DNA of 64,000 nt, from assembly GCA_050613775.1 (NCBI GenBank), contig JBODTK010000147.1:248001-312000 (forward strand), written 5' to 3'. Shown here piece by piece: positions 26,192 to 46,391 of the stretch. Position 1 is the first letter of the stretch, and each line of letters starts with the position of its first letter. The stretch is from Neocallimastix sp. 'constans'. Taxonomy: Eukaryota. Position numbers and translations under genes: made by a program. The notes beneath the pieces were generated by a model, which was not told the DNA's origin, did not search any database, and saw only the letters and a list, made by a program, of their open reading frames with translations.

Positions 26192-29010
26192 ATGGAAATT
26201 TATCTAATTTGTTTGTTAAATTTTTCTTTCTTTATCTCATGAATGACGTCTACAACATGATATATATTTTTTTAAGTAAATCAGAGATAATACATTTTGA
26301 GTTTTTCTATTTTTTAAAACACCTTACCTAAGCAATCTCAAATTTCACCAAAAGAGGAGGAACGTTAAAGTTCTTTAGAAACATATTAAAAGGGATGTAA
26401 AGCTAATGCTATTCTCATTAGAAAATCCTTCAATTCAAGTATAATCCTGAATTAACTATTCTTTCTGTACCTCTCGTTCGTTCTTTGTTTTGATCCAAGT
26501 AGAGGCGTATAATACGAAACTTGCCCCAATTACTATAGCAAAAAATAACATTCGTTTAAAAGGGATAGGAATATGAGGATTCTTAAGAAATCCTTTTTTA
26601 TGGAGTAAAATGCTTTTCTAACTTTATTATTTATTCTTTGTATGATCGGTTTCAATTCTAAATTATTTGAAAACAGTACACCTAAGTAGGTATAGTAAAT
26701 TCATTTCAGGTAACTCTAACTTGAAAGATAAAAGGTAGGGTTACTATTATTACGAAATCTTGAAACTTCCTCCTCGTTCTACTAAACTGGCACATTGACT
26801 GATATCCAAATTATATTTTCATTATTTCTAGTCCACTTACTGGCAAATTTTTACAAATTTCTTAAATTGAAATCTTGTTGGAGCACATAAAAAAGTCTGA
26901 AACATCTTCTAAATAACCTATTCATTTGATTTGAAGTTTTTAGCATAAAACAGTCCAAAAGTTGTGTCAAACTAAACTACATCTGAGTTCAGTTTTATAT
27001 CAAAACCAGTGCGAAACACATATCAAATTCAAAGCACACATAACTCAATGTTATCTGCAAAGAGACCCCCCTCCTCCACAACATCTTTTATTATCAATAG
27101 AGATTTCATATTTATCACATTTATTAAAAATGTCATTGATGAACAAGTTAAACAAAATTGGTGAGAGGAGACAACCTTTACGAACATCTTTCTTAATACT
27201 AAATAAATCCGATAATTGTCTATCAACTCATACTCAAGCCTTGGAAGCTTTCAATAAATTTATAGTACTTTTCTCTAATACCTAAGTGATGGATTTTCAT
27301 TAAAACATTATATATGGGAACAGAGTCATACTCCTTTTTTAAGGTCTAAAAAAGGCAAAGGTAAGTATCTCTATTATCAAATTTTTTGTCTCTGACATAT
27401 AATTCTTATTGAAGTACAAATACTTATACAGTCTTCTTGGTTACGAAATCCTTATTGTTCATGTCTAATATATCCTTTATCAATTCCATATTTAGAGATT
27501 CTATTCGCTATGTTTTTTTTTTGCGATAATTTTTAACCCATTATTGATAAGAGAAATGTCACGATAGTTATTAAAATCTGATGAATTGCCCTTTTTTATG
27601 AATAGAAATTATCGATGTGTTATTCCATAATTTTGGAAATTCACCATTCCAAATACGATTGATTAAGACTTTAGGACATTTGAAGCCAAATGAAATATTA
27701 CTAATTATTTTCACTAGATTCTTCTGAATCATCTTTACCCGGGAATCATAGCTTTAAAGAATTCCATTGGAATACCATCAGGACCACAAAGCTTTAAAGT
27801 TAGGAGTAGTTGAGGTTACTTCGCTAGTTTCCTCATCGATAATATCTTGGTTAATTTCCATATTCTTGTTGCCTTGAATTTCTTAAATTCCTAAGTGCAT
27901 CAGAATCTTTCCAGAAATCTTTAGAAAAATTATGACCTGAAGAATCTGACCCTAGGAATTTATAATGAGAATGCCAAGCTTTTTAATTTTTCATTTGTAA
28001 AAGAGACTAGTTCATTATTTGTAATTGTTTTTAATAGGATAAGAGAGACCGTGAAAAATTGATTATTTATTTTTGTATTCTTTTTTTTTTACCCATTTCC
28101 ATGCGTTCTTACTATTATTTTTAAGAGCTAACGAACATCCAATTTTAATCCAATATAAATATTCTTTTTTTTTTTTCGCTACATTTTTTATGAATTGATT
28201 CACATAGTCTATTATACGAGTCAACAATTTTTAGCAAAATTCATTGGAATCACTTGCAGATATATATCCTTTAATTTGTTTATATTTAATATGTTTTACC
28301 TTTTGAAGACAATAAAATTTACGGGACATTCTAAACATCGCTTTTCTAACTTCCATTGAAGATATAATCGATAAATCCTTAGCAATGGAATTCGTAGTGT
28401 TGAATGAATTTTTTCAACTATACAATCTGCTGAAAGTTCTTCATTTTCCAATTCTTCACCAAGAATGACAAATTTATGGTGATCACAAATTTCATTCTTA
28501 AGTTCAAGACATTTACATCTACTCCACCAAGCGAAAAATTTTTTGGTAATAAAAATGATTCATCTGTGGTGAACTATCTTTTCCATAATGAACTATAAAT
28601 CACAAATTGAAAAAATGAATAAACAAGAAAATCTACTAATAGATATATTCTCTTATTAGGAAAAAAAAAATCTAACTTCATGGAAAATATAAAATCAAAA
28701 AAAGTGTCACATTATCAACTACTAATACAGAATATGTTTCATTAACGGAATGAAATCATCATGAAATGAAATTAAAGAAATTATTAAAAAGTGTTTACTA
28801 ATAAGAAATTAATTTAAAAATTAAAGTTGATAATAAAACTTGTAAAAATATCGAGGAATATCAATTATAAATATATTCAAGGAAAGATAAGTAGAAAAAA
28901 AAAATAAGTTTAGAACAAGCATCTTCTGATACTATGTTAGCTGATCTATTATTAATTAAAATAATATCTAGTCCAAAAATGAAACGTTTTATCGATTATA
29001 TTTTAAAAAA
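25550..29010 (+). mobile_element. Heavily decayed Ty1/Copia remnant flanking a LINE fragment
   Basis: Integrase-like SPFSGYKY..FDDYSRK near 25.70-25.76 kb. RNase H C-terminus-like ISLEQASSDTMLADLL..PKMKRFIDYI near 28.90-29.0 kb, similar to IALEYIQTQYMLADALTK..PKM of the 60-63.7 kb Copia. Confidence 0.65.
26045..28600 (-). mobile_element. Decayed, truncated LINE related to the 48.7-53.1 kb element
   Basis: Frameshifted homology to the RT region: GPDGIPMEFFKA, NYRDISLINNG, VRKGCLLSPILFNLFINDIF, GLFADNIELC, YTYLGV, FYWDRD. Confidence 0.9.
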
Positions 29011-29911
29011 TTTTTATTATTAAAAATCTACTACAAAAAAAAAAAAAAAAAAAAAAAAAGAATTAATTATAAAAATTTTAATTATATATTATATTTTGTA
29101 ATATTAATAATGTCAATAAGCCACATAATGAATACATTAATTAATAAATAGTTATTAAATAGTTTACTGCTTAAATAAAATTAATTAAAATTAAATTAAA
29201 AAATATAATAAGTTCTACTTCTACATTAAAGGTAGCAACAACTATTATAAGTATTTTTAGTATATAATACTTTGTAATGAATATTTATTAAATTATTATT
29301 ACATTATTTTTTAACTTTTAACAATTGATTAACTTAATTATTTTATTTTGCTAAAACTCTAACATTATTTATTATTAATTATCAATTATTTGTTATTATT
29401 AGATTTATCATTTTTAAATAAAAGTTAATTATATTTTATGTTTTAATGTTTAACTTTATATTCTACTAGATTAATTAATAATAAAAATATTTTTTTAAAT
29501 TAAATTTAAAATTTTTTTTTTTTTATTTTACTTAACATAATTAAAATAAAAATAATAAAAATATAAAATTTAAAATTATAATAAAATATTCCAATAATTT
29601 AATTCATATTATTATTATTTTTATTATTATTATGTTATATATTATATAATAATAATAAATTTTAAAATTTAATTATTTAGATAATTATATATATATATAT
29701 TTATTATTTTTTTAATTTTCCATTTTATATCATTTTATTTGTTTCGATTTATTTAAGTATAAGATTTTTATTTATTAAAATATTACCATTTTATTGTAAA
29801 ATAAATATATTTTATTACATTATGTGAATTAGATAATAAAATAAAATATAATAAAAAAAAAAATATAATACTTTAATAATTGATATATCACAAAATTCAA
29901 AATTGTCAATA

Positions 29912-30480
29912 ATGTATATTAGAATGAATAAAAATCATTTATACTATTTATATTTATTTCTATTTTTATTAATCAATGGTTTAATATATTCAAAAGAAAT
30001 TAAGATACACAATAAAGACAATAATTTTTATAATTTACAAAATGTAATAAATAATAATCAAAACGAAGAATTAAGACTCTATTTTGAAGATGATTATTAT
30101 AACTTATCAGAAATTCCTAATTTTTCAATTTCAATATCTGTTCAATCGAACATTTATTTCATTGGAAATACTAATGGAACAACATTTGATTATAATTATT
30201 TAAAAAAGGGTTCTTTTACTTTTAATTTTTCAAATAATAAATTAGAAATCGTGACTATTGAGAATATTATTTTTACTAATTATTATGATGCTGAAAAACA
30301 AGAATCCCTTTATATGATAGATCTAGTTTCCAATTCAGATAAATATAGTATGTTATTTAATAATTGTATTTTTCAAAATAATTACCAGAATATTTTATCT
30401 TTACATATTACCAGCAATAAAAAGACACATGAAAATCCTTCTGTCTTATTTAATAATTCGAAATTTATGTAATAATAAAT

Positions 30481-30520
<40 letters not shown>

Positions 30521-31387
30521 TTACTTATATCTCCAAATTTATATTTTTTATTCAATATAAAAAATATAGAAAATTATAAAATATATTAATATAATATATG
30601 TATATATAAAACATTTTCTTTAAAATCAAAAAAAAAAAAAAAAAAACATACACATAAAATTAGTAATAATAGAGAAAAATTAATCATGACAAATCATAAT
30701 TATGACGTAAATAATATTGATACCATTAAAAGTATACTAATACAAATTAAAGATTGTTATTTTGAAAATAATAGAGGACTGTTTCATCTACTTTCATCCT
30801 CTATAATTTTTGAAAATTGTAAATTTATAATTATAATATATTATATAAGTATCATTACTAAACATAAAGAATATTTTTATTTATTTTATTTTATTTTATT
30901 TTATATTATTCTTATTATTATATTTCCATTTTTTTTTTTTTTTTAAATATACAAATAAAAAAAGGTTATTTTACAAAAATTGAAAAAAATTCATATGATA
31001 CTTCTCGAGGTGCATTATTTCATTCAGGATGGTCTTCAGAAAATTTTATCATTGTAGATATTAAGGATTGCATATTTGAAAATATTAATATAAATAGTAA
31101 TACTCCATTGATTCATAGTGAACAAATAATGCTTACGTAATTAAACATAATTAAAATAAAAATTAAAAATTACATATAAAAGTTAATACCGAAAGAATAA
31201 TTTCAAATACTAAAAAAAAAAAAAAAAAAAAAAAAAAAACTTTACTTTTTTTTTTTTTATAATAGTATTAATAATACTACATTTTCAAATTGTTATTCAG
31301 ATTATGGATATCTAATAGATGTTAATAAACATCGTTACAGTGATATAGTTCTTAAGAATATAAAAGTTATAAGTAATTATATATTAT

Positions 31388-31434
<47 letters not shown>

Positions 31435-32265
31435 GAAATAATTAATTTATTCAATATATTATATTAATTATACCTTTTTTTAATTTTTTTTTTTTTTTTT
31501 TTTTTGCATGAATTAAAAAGACTCTAGTTCAATGTTCACTGGTTCATATTGTAGATTTACGATAGAAGATTCAATTTTTTCAAATATGTCTTTTAAAAAA
31601 TCAGTTCCTGCTATATCAAATTCAAAATATTCAATTTATACAATTAAGAATACTGAATTTAATAATATATAGTAAGAAAAAAAAAAAATTATTTTATATT
31701 TATATATATATATTTTAACTTTTCAATTAATTAAAATTTCATTTTTACAATATACTAAAATATAAAATATATATATTATTTTTAGTGTGGGGAATTCATT
31801 ATTTAATGAGGAATCAACTTTTATTTTTAGTAATGTTAAATTAAATAACATTACAACAAATTCTAAACCACTTTTATATTTTACACATTATAATGTAGAA
31901 ATTAATCAACTTGAAGCTAGTAATATATTGTGTATTGGGGAACCTAGTGTCACATCATTTATATTATTCAATTCAGATGAATTATATTCATATTTATATA
32001 TAAATAATTTAAATATTAAAAATTCTAAATCCAATGGATCATTCATTAAATTAATTGGAATATCTAATAATATTACAATAGAAAATTCAAATATTGAAAA
32101 AATTGAATCTTATGGTCCTATTATAAGTAATACGTCAAATATGGTATAAATTTTAATAATAAAAAAATAGATAAAAAAAAAGAATGAAAAAAAAGAATTT
32201 TTTGTTATTTTAAATAAAAAAAATTATTGCATAATTTGGCATGAATTATTAATTTAATTGTTTTT

Positions 32266-32312
<47 letters not shown>

Positions 32313-32690
32313 TTGTTATTTTTTTTCATTTCAATTTAAAGTCAAAAATAAATATATCAAATTTAAAATTCAATAATAATATCAACAGTAACAAATTAAG
32401 TTGTGGATGTTTAAATTTTGGAAATGATTTATATTTATCCTTATTAAATTCATCATTCAATAATAATTATAGTAAAAGTAATGGCGGCGTAATGTAAATT
32501 TTATATAATATATATAAATATATATTATTGTAAATTATATTAATTCATATACTATATAATTAATTTATGAATTCATGAATTCATATGATTGAATGTGTAA
32601 TAATCCATGACAATTAATGATAACGACAACAACAACAATAACAACAACAATAACAACAACAATAACAACAACAATAACAACAACAACAAC

Positions 32691-32748
<58 letters not shown>

Positions 32749-33914
32749 GTTGCATAAATAACATTATTAATATGGAATTGAAATTAATATCAAATGAATT
32801 TAATAAAAACAGTGCAATCAATGGAGGAGCTTTATATATATATAATGAAAATAACATTGATATGAACGAAAACAGGGCAATAAAATTTGAAAATAATATT
32901 TTTAAAGAAAATTATGCAGAATATTTTGGTGGGGCTATTTATTTAAATTTTAGTAAAATAAATATAATTGATGCTATAAATAATGAAATTACCTTAAATA
33001 AGGCTGGGGTAATGGGTGCTGGCATCTATACTTCTCATTTTTCATGTAAATTTTTAAATAATGTTCGAAATTTTATATTTACAAATAATACAATAAGTTC
33101 GTATGTAAATGACTATTCATCAAAGCCATCATACATATCCCTAGATTCAAAATTAAGTAAAAATCCAATTAGTATTGTCACTGGAGACTATTTTCCGTTA
33201 TCATTTACTATGTATGATGAATATGATAATAAAATTAATGATGTCACAAATTATTACTCAGATATCATATTAAAAGTTTCTTTAAAGTTAAAAAAAATAG
33301 AAATAAATGATGATGAAGATTCATATATTCATAATACTAAAATAATAGGAAATGTTGGATCATTTATAAATGGTAAATTAACTTTTTTTTTTATTTTATT
33401 AATTAAAATTTATAATTATTATATATAGAATATTCATTATAAATAATAATAAATGATAATTAATAGTTAATATATATATATATTTTTTTTTTTTTTGATT
33501 TCTATTTATAATATAATATAATATATAAAAATATATATATATATATATAAATATATATATAAATAGGTAAATGTGATTTAACGTCTTTTCAAATATATGC
33601 AAATCCTGATACATATATTTTGAAGATAGCTATTGAAAATTATAATGATGATATAAAATTAAATTTTGATCAAATTGAAATTCAAGTAAATTCATGTAAT
33701 TCTAATCAAATAAAAATGTATAATACGGATTTAATTTTGTATTGTGAAAATCCAAGTTGTAAATCTAGTTGTCCTGTAGGTAAGTCTGCGTACTGTAAGC
33801 CCTATTATGAATCAAATATTAATGATATAAATCAAAATATATGTCTCTGTTTTTCTGGATATTATGGAACAAATTGTCAAAACAAAATTTTAATTGATTA
33901 TAGGTATGCATTTA

Positions 33915-33953
<39 letters not shown>

Positions 33954-34993
33954 TCGAGTTTTTTAAATTTAATAAAAAGTATCATAATTTCAAATTTAAA
34001 AATATTAAAAAAAAAATTTTTTTTCTATTTATAAATATAATATTAGTACTTTTAACAGATTAATCTACATATCAACTATTCCAATTCTTTCCTTGATAGT
34101 AATATATATTATATTTATAATAACATTTCGTAATCAAGGAATTATTAAAGATACTGGTTTTTTCAAAATATTATTTCTTTCATTTGGGATTCTATTATAT
34201 TTTATTAGTAATTTTTTGATTACCTATACAAATTATTTAGGATGCTTATTAAATTATATATTCAAGCATATGGGTATATCATTAATATTATATACTTTTT
34301 ATTTCTATATTTCGCAGTCCTATATAGTTGATATAAAAAAAAGATATCAATATAAACTTAATAAGAATATTGGTGAAAATAATATTTTTTTAAGTAGTTC
34401 ATTTATTGAAGACGTTTCTATTCCCATCAAATCAAAAATCGAGAATGAGAATGAGAATGAGAATGATGAAAATAGAAAAGAATCTCTTAATTCAAAATTT
34501 AGCAATGAGAGTAATGAATCGATTGATATACCTGATAAAAATGCTTCAATAAAGAAAAACTATAAACAAAATAGTTTAAAAGAAATAATTGAAAATATTT
34601 CAATCTATTATTTTATTCTGTTTATCATGATCATTATATATCATTTTAACAACACTAATAGAATGAAATTGGTATTTAGTGGAAAGAATTATTGGTTATA
34701 TAAATGTAATATGGAAAATCTTGATTTAATTCTTAATTTATTTGATTTAATCATTTTGATTATTATTATATTAAAAGGGAAAGATGTATTTTTTTGTGAT
34801 TGCTTTTTTTCAATTTTAAAATATATTATATATTCTTCACTTATTTGTATTGCAATAGGACCTATTATTAATGTAAGTATTAATATAAATATAAGCTTTA
34901 ATTGATAACTTTTAAATAATTTATAAATATAATAGATTTAAATAAATTGATAATTATTTAAAATATATATATATATATATATATCTTCATTAA

Positions 34994-35066
<73 letters not shown>

Positions 35067-35349
35067 GACAATTGAAAAAAATGTTTAGATTATTAGTTAT
35101 TTTATATTTGATAATCAAAGATATGAAAAAATTACTTTTGATATTATTTTGAATTCGATATGTTATTTTTTAATGTTCATTTTTCTTTCATGGGATAAAG
35201 TTTACTATATTTTAAAAAAGAAAGGAAATGAATTAAATTCATATTTTAAATTTAAAGATAAAAAAAATCAAAATATAAATAATGAAAGTTTTATATTAAT
35301 ATATAGAGATACTTTTGTATGTCATAAAGATAAAAATACAAAAAATTAA
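29912..35349 (+). CDS. Large receptor, paralog 1: Asn-rich beta-helix (pectin-lyase-like) ectodomain + EGF-like + class-C-like 7TM GPCR; about 11 exons
   Basis: Hydrophobic signal peptide, repeated FxNN/NGGA motifs, Cys-rich CxxSC..C..CLCFSGYYGTNC, then hydrophobic helices with FRNxxIIKDTG and GCLLNYIFKHxG. GT..AG introns lie at the same positions as in paralog 2. Confidence 0.8.
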
Positions 35350-35700
35350 ATTTATTCCTTCTTTTTTTTTTTTTTTTTTTAATAAATATTACCAATTCAT
35401 TTAATATATAGAATCAATAATTTATTATAAAAAAAAAAAAAAAATTTAAATTTAAAAAGAATTCTATAATTAATCTCATATTCTTTATATCATAGTTATC
35501 AAATTAGTAAAAAACAATAAAAAATTATGAATTATATATTAAAAATTTTTTTAATAGTTTAATATCATTAATAATATAAGATTCATATTAAAAGCAATTA
35601 ATAGTTAAATTTTATTTTAATTTAATTAATATTTTTCTCTTTAAATATATTTAATAACTTTATTACTTTCATTTTTAATTATTTTTTTTATTTTTTTATT

Positions 35701-35744
<44 letters not shown>

Positions 35745-35866
35745 ATTAGTTAAAATTTGAAAAATAATAATATTAAACATTTTTATTTTTTTAAATAAAA
35801 AAAAAATATGTTTTTCTCTTTTGAAGATTTTGAATAAAAAGAAAATTTGAGTATTATCTTTTTAAT

Positions 35867-35934
<68 letters not shown>

Positions 35935-36627
35935 TGTATATTTAATTATTAAAATAAATTTTAATTCATATTATATATTACGCATATAATATCTTTTAGT
36001 AGTATGTACTTTTAAGTTAAATTTATATAATAATTATTTATTTATTATCGTCATAATTCCAAAGAAAAATAAAATAAAATAAAATAAAATAAAAAAAAAA
36101 ATAAAAAAAAAAAAAAAAAAATAAAAAACTTAGGTTGATTTTAACGTTAATATTAAAAATATAAGAACTTTATAAATTGATTTTATTTAACATTAAAAAT
36201 CATATATATATAAAAATAAAGTATACTTATTGAATGTATCATTTCCTATTAAAATTTATAATTGACAATAGAAGAAAAAAAACAAAATTTCAAATATATT
36301 TTTATATTCTTATGGGAAAATAAAGAGATTTAAAAAGCATCTTTTAAATACATTAAAAAAAAAAAAAAAAAAAAAAAGAAAATAAAAAAAAAAAAAAATA
36401 CTTCTTTTAATATTCTTTTAAGATTTATTAGATACAAATAGCATCAATTGCTCTTCATACAACAAATAAATAAAAAAATATGACATATATCATAAAAAAA
36501 TATTGAATTTTTTCTCTTTATGTTATATTATTTTATTTTATTTATTCAAATATTTATTAAAAAAAAAAAAAATTCGATAATTTTACAACATTGGAGACAA
36601 TAAAAATAAAATAAGATTTCTAAATGT

Positions 36628-36677
<50 letters not shown>

Positions 36678-36764
36678 ATTTAAATAATAAAATTAAAATT
36701 TTTCATAAAAAAAAAAAAAAAAAAAAAAAAGATGAAAATTAAGTTTAATATTACATAAATAAAT

Positions 36765-36918
36765 GAGGATCGCATAGGGTACTTCTATATGGAGTTTCTT
36801 TGCTTATGGGGAGTTGAGAGCGCCGACGCCTTACCGGTATGGCAGTTAATCATACATCCATATTAACATATGGGGGAGACAAAAGTCTTCAGTCTATAAA
36901 AAAAAAAAAAAAAAAAAA
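36765..36918 (+). mobile_element. Short 5'-truncated retroposon (about 154 bp) with poly(A) tail and 13-bp TSD
   Basis: TACATAAATAAAT at 36752-36764 and 36919-36931; shared 3' hairpin at 36822-36843; ends AGTCTAT(A)n. Confidence 0.8.
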
Positions 36919-37406
36919 TACATAAATAAATAAATAAACAAATAAATAAACAAATAAATAAATAAATATTATAAATTAAATAAACAAAGATTAAATAAAA
37001 AGTAATTATATATTATAAATATTATATAACATAGCATAAATATATAAATTAGTGTATATTTAATATTATTTTTATTAATGCATTGATTAAATAAAAAGCA
37101 AAGAATGAAAATAATAAATTATTAAACAAGGTATTTGACAATTTCCAAAAATAGCTAGAGAGTTAGCTTTGATAATATAGTAAATTGAAATAAAAATGAA
37201 AACTATTATAATATATTAATGGTAACAGTAACCAATAGCAAAATATTTACATTTAGAGAAATTTTAAAAATCATTTTTGATTTCATACTTTTAAATATAA
37301 TTTCGAAATTTTTTAAAATTTAATCCAGATAATCATTATAATAATAAAATATTTTTAAGGTTAATATATAATATCTCTCCAGTTTTTTTTTTTTTTTTTT
37401 TTTTTT

Positions 37407-37985
37407 ATTGGTGATTAGTACTTGGGGGCTAACACACATAAGATTTCTGGATTGAGCCCTGGGGCATGCTTTCTTAATGGGGGATTTACTCCATACCCAA
37501 GGTTTTCCCTACATATAAAGTTGGTAGTTCGCTCGCCATGGTAAGTATGATTTGTTATATTGTCTCGAACTCTACTCATGCCTTGAGTTAAGGTTCTGTA
37601 TATTTTGGATGAGAAAGGAATATTATAATGCATTACACTGTGCTAGAAAATCTAAATCTAATTAATAGAGAGGAACCTAACTATTGGTCAATCTTTATGA
37701 AAAAGTATGGAAGTCTTCTGAGAGGGTCCCAGCCACATTTATACATATAGAAAAAGCTAAAGTTAAAGTATATCATTCAGTACAACCCTTGCATAGAGAC
37801 TATGAAACAAGGGTCGACGCGAAACTGGTATGGCCATTTAGCATCTATTGTGGCAGTGTAATACAATATATAAATGTTTGTGGTGACCCGTGTATATTAA
37901 ATATTACACAGCTCTAGTTGATGTAGTAATAGTGCATAAAAAGTCAAATGAATAGAAATTTACTGAATATTTGCTACAAAAAAGA
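37407..37985 (+). mobile_element. Older SINE-like element; boundaries approximate
   Basis: GC-richer island with central motif TCCATACCCAAGGTTTTCCCTACAT (37490-37514) and a shared 3' hairpin variant (37812-37835), in the same order as in the 13-kb SINE. No clear TSD. Confidence 0.6.
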
Positions 37986-38005
37986 ATATATATATATATA
38001 TATAG

Positions 38006-38037
<32 letters not shown>

Positions 38038-38286
38038 TATATATATATATTTTAAAACAATACAGTAATTAAGATATTTATATTAAATAATTTGAATCAG
38101 ATAATAATAATAAGATAAACATCAACAGAAAATTTTCTTTTTAAACAAAAATAATTATTTTAAAGTTTTTTTTTTTTTTTTTTTTTGCAATTTGATTTTT
38201 TTTTTCTATACCAATAATGTAATTTTTACTATATATAAATGATATTAATGAATGTAATCATAAATTAACAGTTTATTTAAATTTTT

Positions 38287-38324
<38 letters not shown>

Positions 38325-38914
38325 TAATTATTACGAATTTAATATAATAAATAATAATTTAAAAAATTAAAATAGATATCTTTTTATATATTGATTCACT
38401 TAATGTAAACAAAATTTTAGTATTTTTAAATATTTATATTACTTAATTTTCATTTTAACTATATTATTTATTATTAATTATATTAAGATTAAATAAGATG
38501 TTCAATAAGTCAATAATTCATAGTATATCTTAAATTTAAAACCTATTAATAACCTATATATTACTTATTTTAGGTAAAACTAAAAATTATAGAATTTTCT
38601 TAGTCATATATAATAAATATACTGAAGTTTTATATAATTAGGATTTATTTCATATATATATTTTTCAATTTTAACAAACATTTTTAGATAGAGTTTAAAA
38701 AATTTGAGTATATAATCCAGATAATTATTATAATAATAAATTATTTTTAAAGTTTTTAGAGTTGGAAAATCTTTCAAACACTTTTTTTTTTTAATTATCT
38801 TGATGTAAATTTCATATATATAATTTGAACAATTTTATATTAAAATAAAATAAAAATTTTTAATAATTTAGATTAAAAAGGAAAAATATCTATAATTAAA
38901 TATACAATTTTATA

Positions 38915-38952
<38 letters not shown>

Positions 38953-39028
38953 ATTTATTATTAATTTAGATTTATTATTAAATTATACTATATATACATA
39001 GTATTAATTAAATAATTATATTTATGTG

Positions 39029-39059
<31 letters not shown>

Positions 39060-39177
39060 GTGGAACAAATATTTGTTTATTTTTAAATGGATTTAATAAG
39101 GAAAGGAATATTTGTTAAAATAATAATTTATTTTATTTATCATGTTTCAAAATTTACAATAAAGTAAATCATGAAAA

Positions 39178-44844
<5,667 letters not shown>

Positions 44845-45266
44845 AAATTTGAAATTTTAACTTTTTCTCCTTTATTTTTTTTTTAATAAAAAAAAAAAAA
44901 AAAGTTTATTATTCTATTTAATATATTAATATTGTAAAAATTTATAACTATCAATGTTAATGTTATTCAATAATAAAAAAAATTTTTTAGCTTAATAACG
45001 ATTTTATTAATGCTTTATTTATTGAAATATTTTATTATTTATTTAATTTTATAAAAGTAATAATAAGTAAGAATTATTGATATTTATTAATATTTAATTT
45101 TTTTTTTTTTTCTAAAAATTGAACATAATTATGTGTTCTTGTCACTCACTTTTTATTTTATTATAAGTATCATATATATATTCAGTGTTAATAAAAGGAA
45201 AGTTCGAAAATATTTTGTTAATAAATATATAAATCTTTTAATTTTTCAACTTTATTACCATATAAT

Positions 45267-45299
<33 letters not shown>

Positions 45300-45301
<2 letters not shown>

Positions 45302-45570
45302 AATTTCTAATGCTCTTTTAAAATGCCATGTACAATATTTAATATTTACATTAAGAAAAACTTTTTCTGCAGCATTAGAGATAACTTTTTCAAAATTGCA
45401 ATGAAGTATTTTTGGTGTAATTACAATATTATTATATATACTAGTTTTTTTTTTTTTCTTATTTCTTCGAATAATATTTCATAAGTTGTTTCCTTTTTTT
45501 AATTTGTTAATATAGAAAAGGATGTAGTATAGTGTAAAAAAAAATTAATTCTGAAACATAGATTCTATTT
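45300..45570 (-). mobile_element. MULE transposase fragment
   Basis: The minus strand encodes LHCNFEKVISNAAEKVFLNVNIKYCTWHFKRALE, homologous to 23.57-23.67 kb. Confidence 0.85.
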
Positions 45571-45806
45571 CTAATATAAATAATTTAATCTATTTATAAG
45601 AAATAGGTAATATATCAATTATATTTTCTAATATATAGAACTATATAAATTTTATAGGAATTAAAGTATTATAATTATTATAATTATAATAATTCATATT
45701 GAAATAAAAAAAAAAATAAAATAAAATAATTATTATCAAAAAGATATAAATTTAATATTTAATAATTATTATTAAATATATCATGTTGATATATTCTACG
45801 AATGTA

Positions 45807-46009
45807 TTGCATTTCGGAACGTGGCTTATAAAAAGAAGTTTAATCCATAATTTAACACCCCACATTTTTAATTTTTAAATAAATAAATAAATAAATAAAA
45901 CGTTAACTATTTTGAATAAAAAAATAAAAAAATGTGGGGTGTTACAACTTAATGAATTAAAAAAAAATTTTTTTTTTTTTTAATTATAAAAGTCATGTTC
46001 CGAAATGTA
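45807..46009. repeat. Nested inverted repeats, MITE-like
   Basis: Inner perfect 17-bp pair TAACACCCCACATTTTT (from 45853) and AAAAATGTGGGGTGTTA (to 45944). Outer imperfect pair TGCATTTCGGAACGTGGC-TTATAA versus the reverse complement of TTATAAAAGTCATGTTCCGAAATGTA. Confidence 0.7.
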
Positions 46010-46072
46010 AACACCTTTCCTTCCTTCAAAAAGGGAAAAGTTTAGTAAACTGAAGAAGCAGTACAACAAGAG

Positions 46073-46104
<32 letters not shown>

Positions 46105-46348
46105 GGTCTTTAAAAAAATTCACAGTAATAATATGCATGTCCGAGCAGTAAATGCTGGAACACTTTGTGTGAGGCACTTCCAGTCAAGGGACATTCTCTT
46201 CGTATATGAAAGTTGTTGTGACGTGGTGAACCTTCAATATTCTCACTGAGAGGAGAGGGGAGGGGAGGCTGAAACCCATGGGTGGTACACATTGGAAATA
46301 AATAAATAAAAATGGAGGAGAATGTAAGAAATAAAGTTTAATATTACA

Positions 46349-46391
<43 letters not shown>

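Noticed and set aside
32607..32749. Poly-Asn tract in the receptor
   Set aside because: The (AAC/AAT)n run lies before the AG acceptor near 32749, as in paralog 2, so it is intronic.
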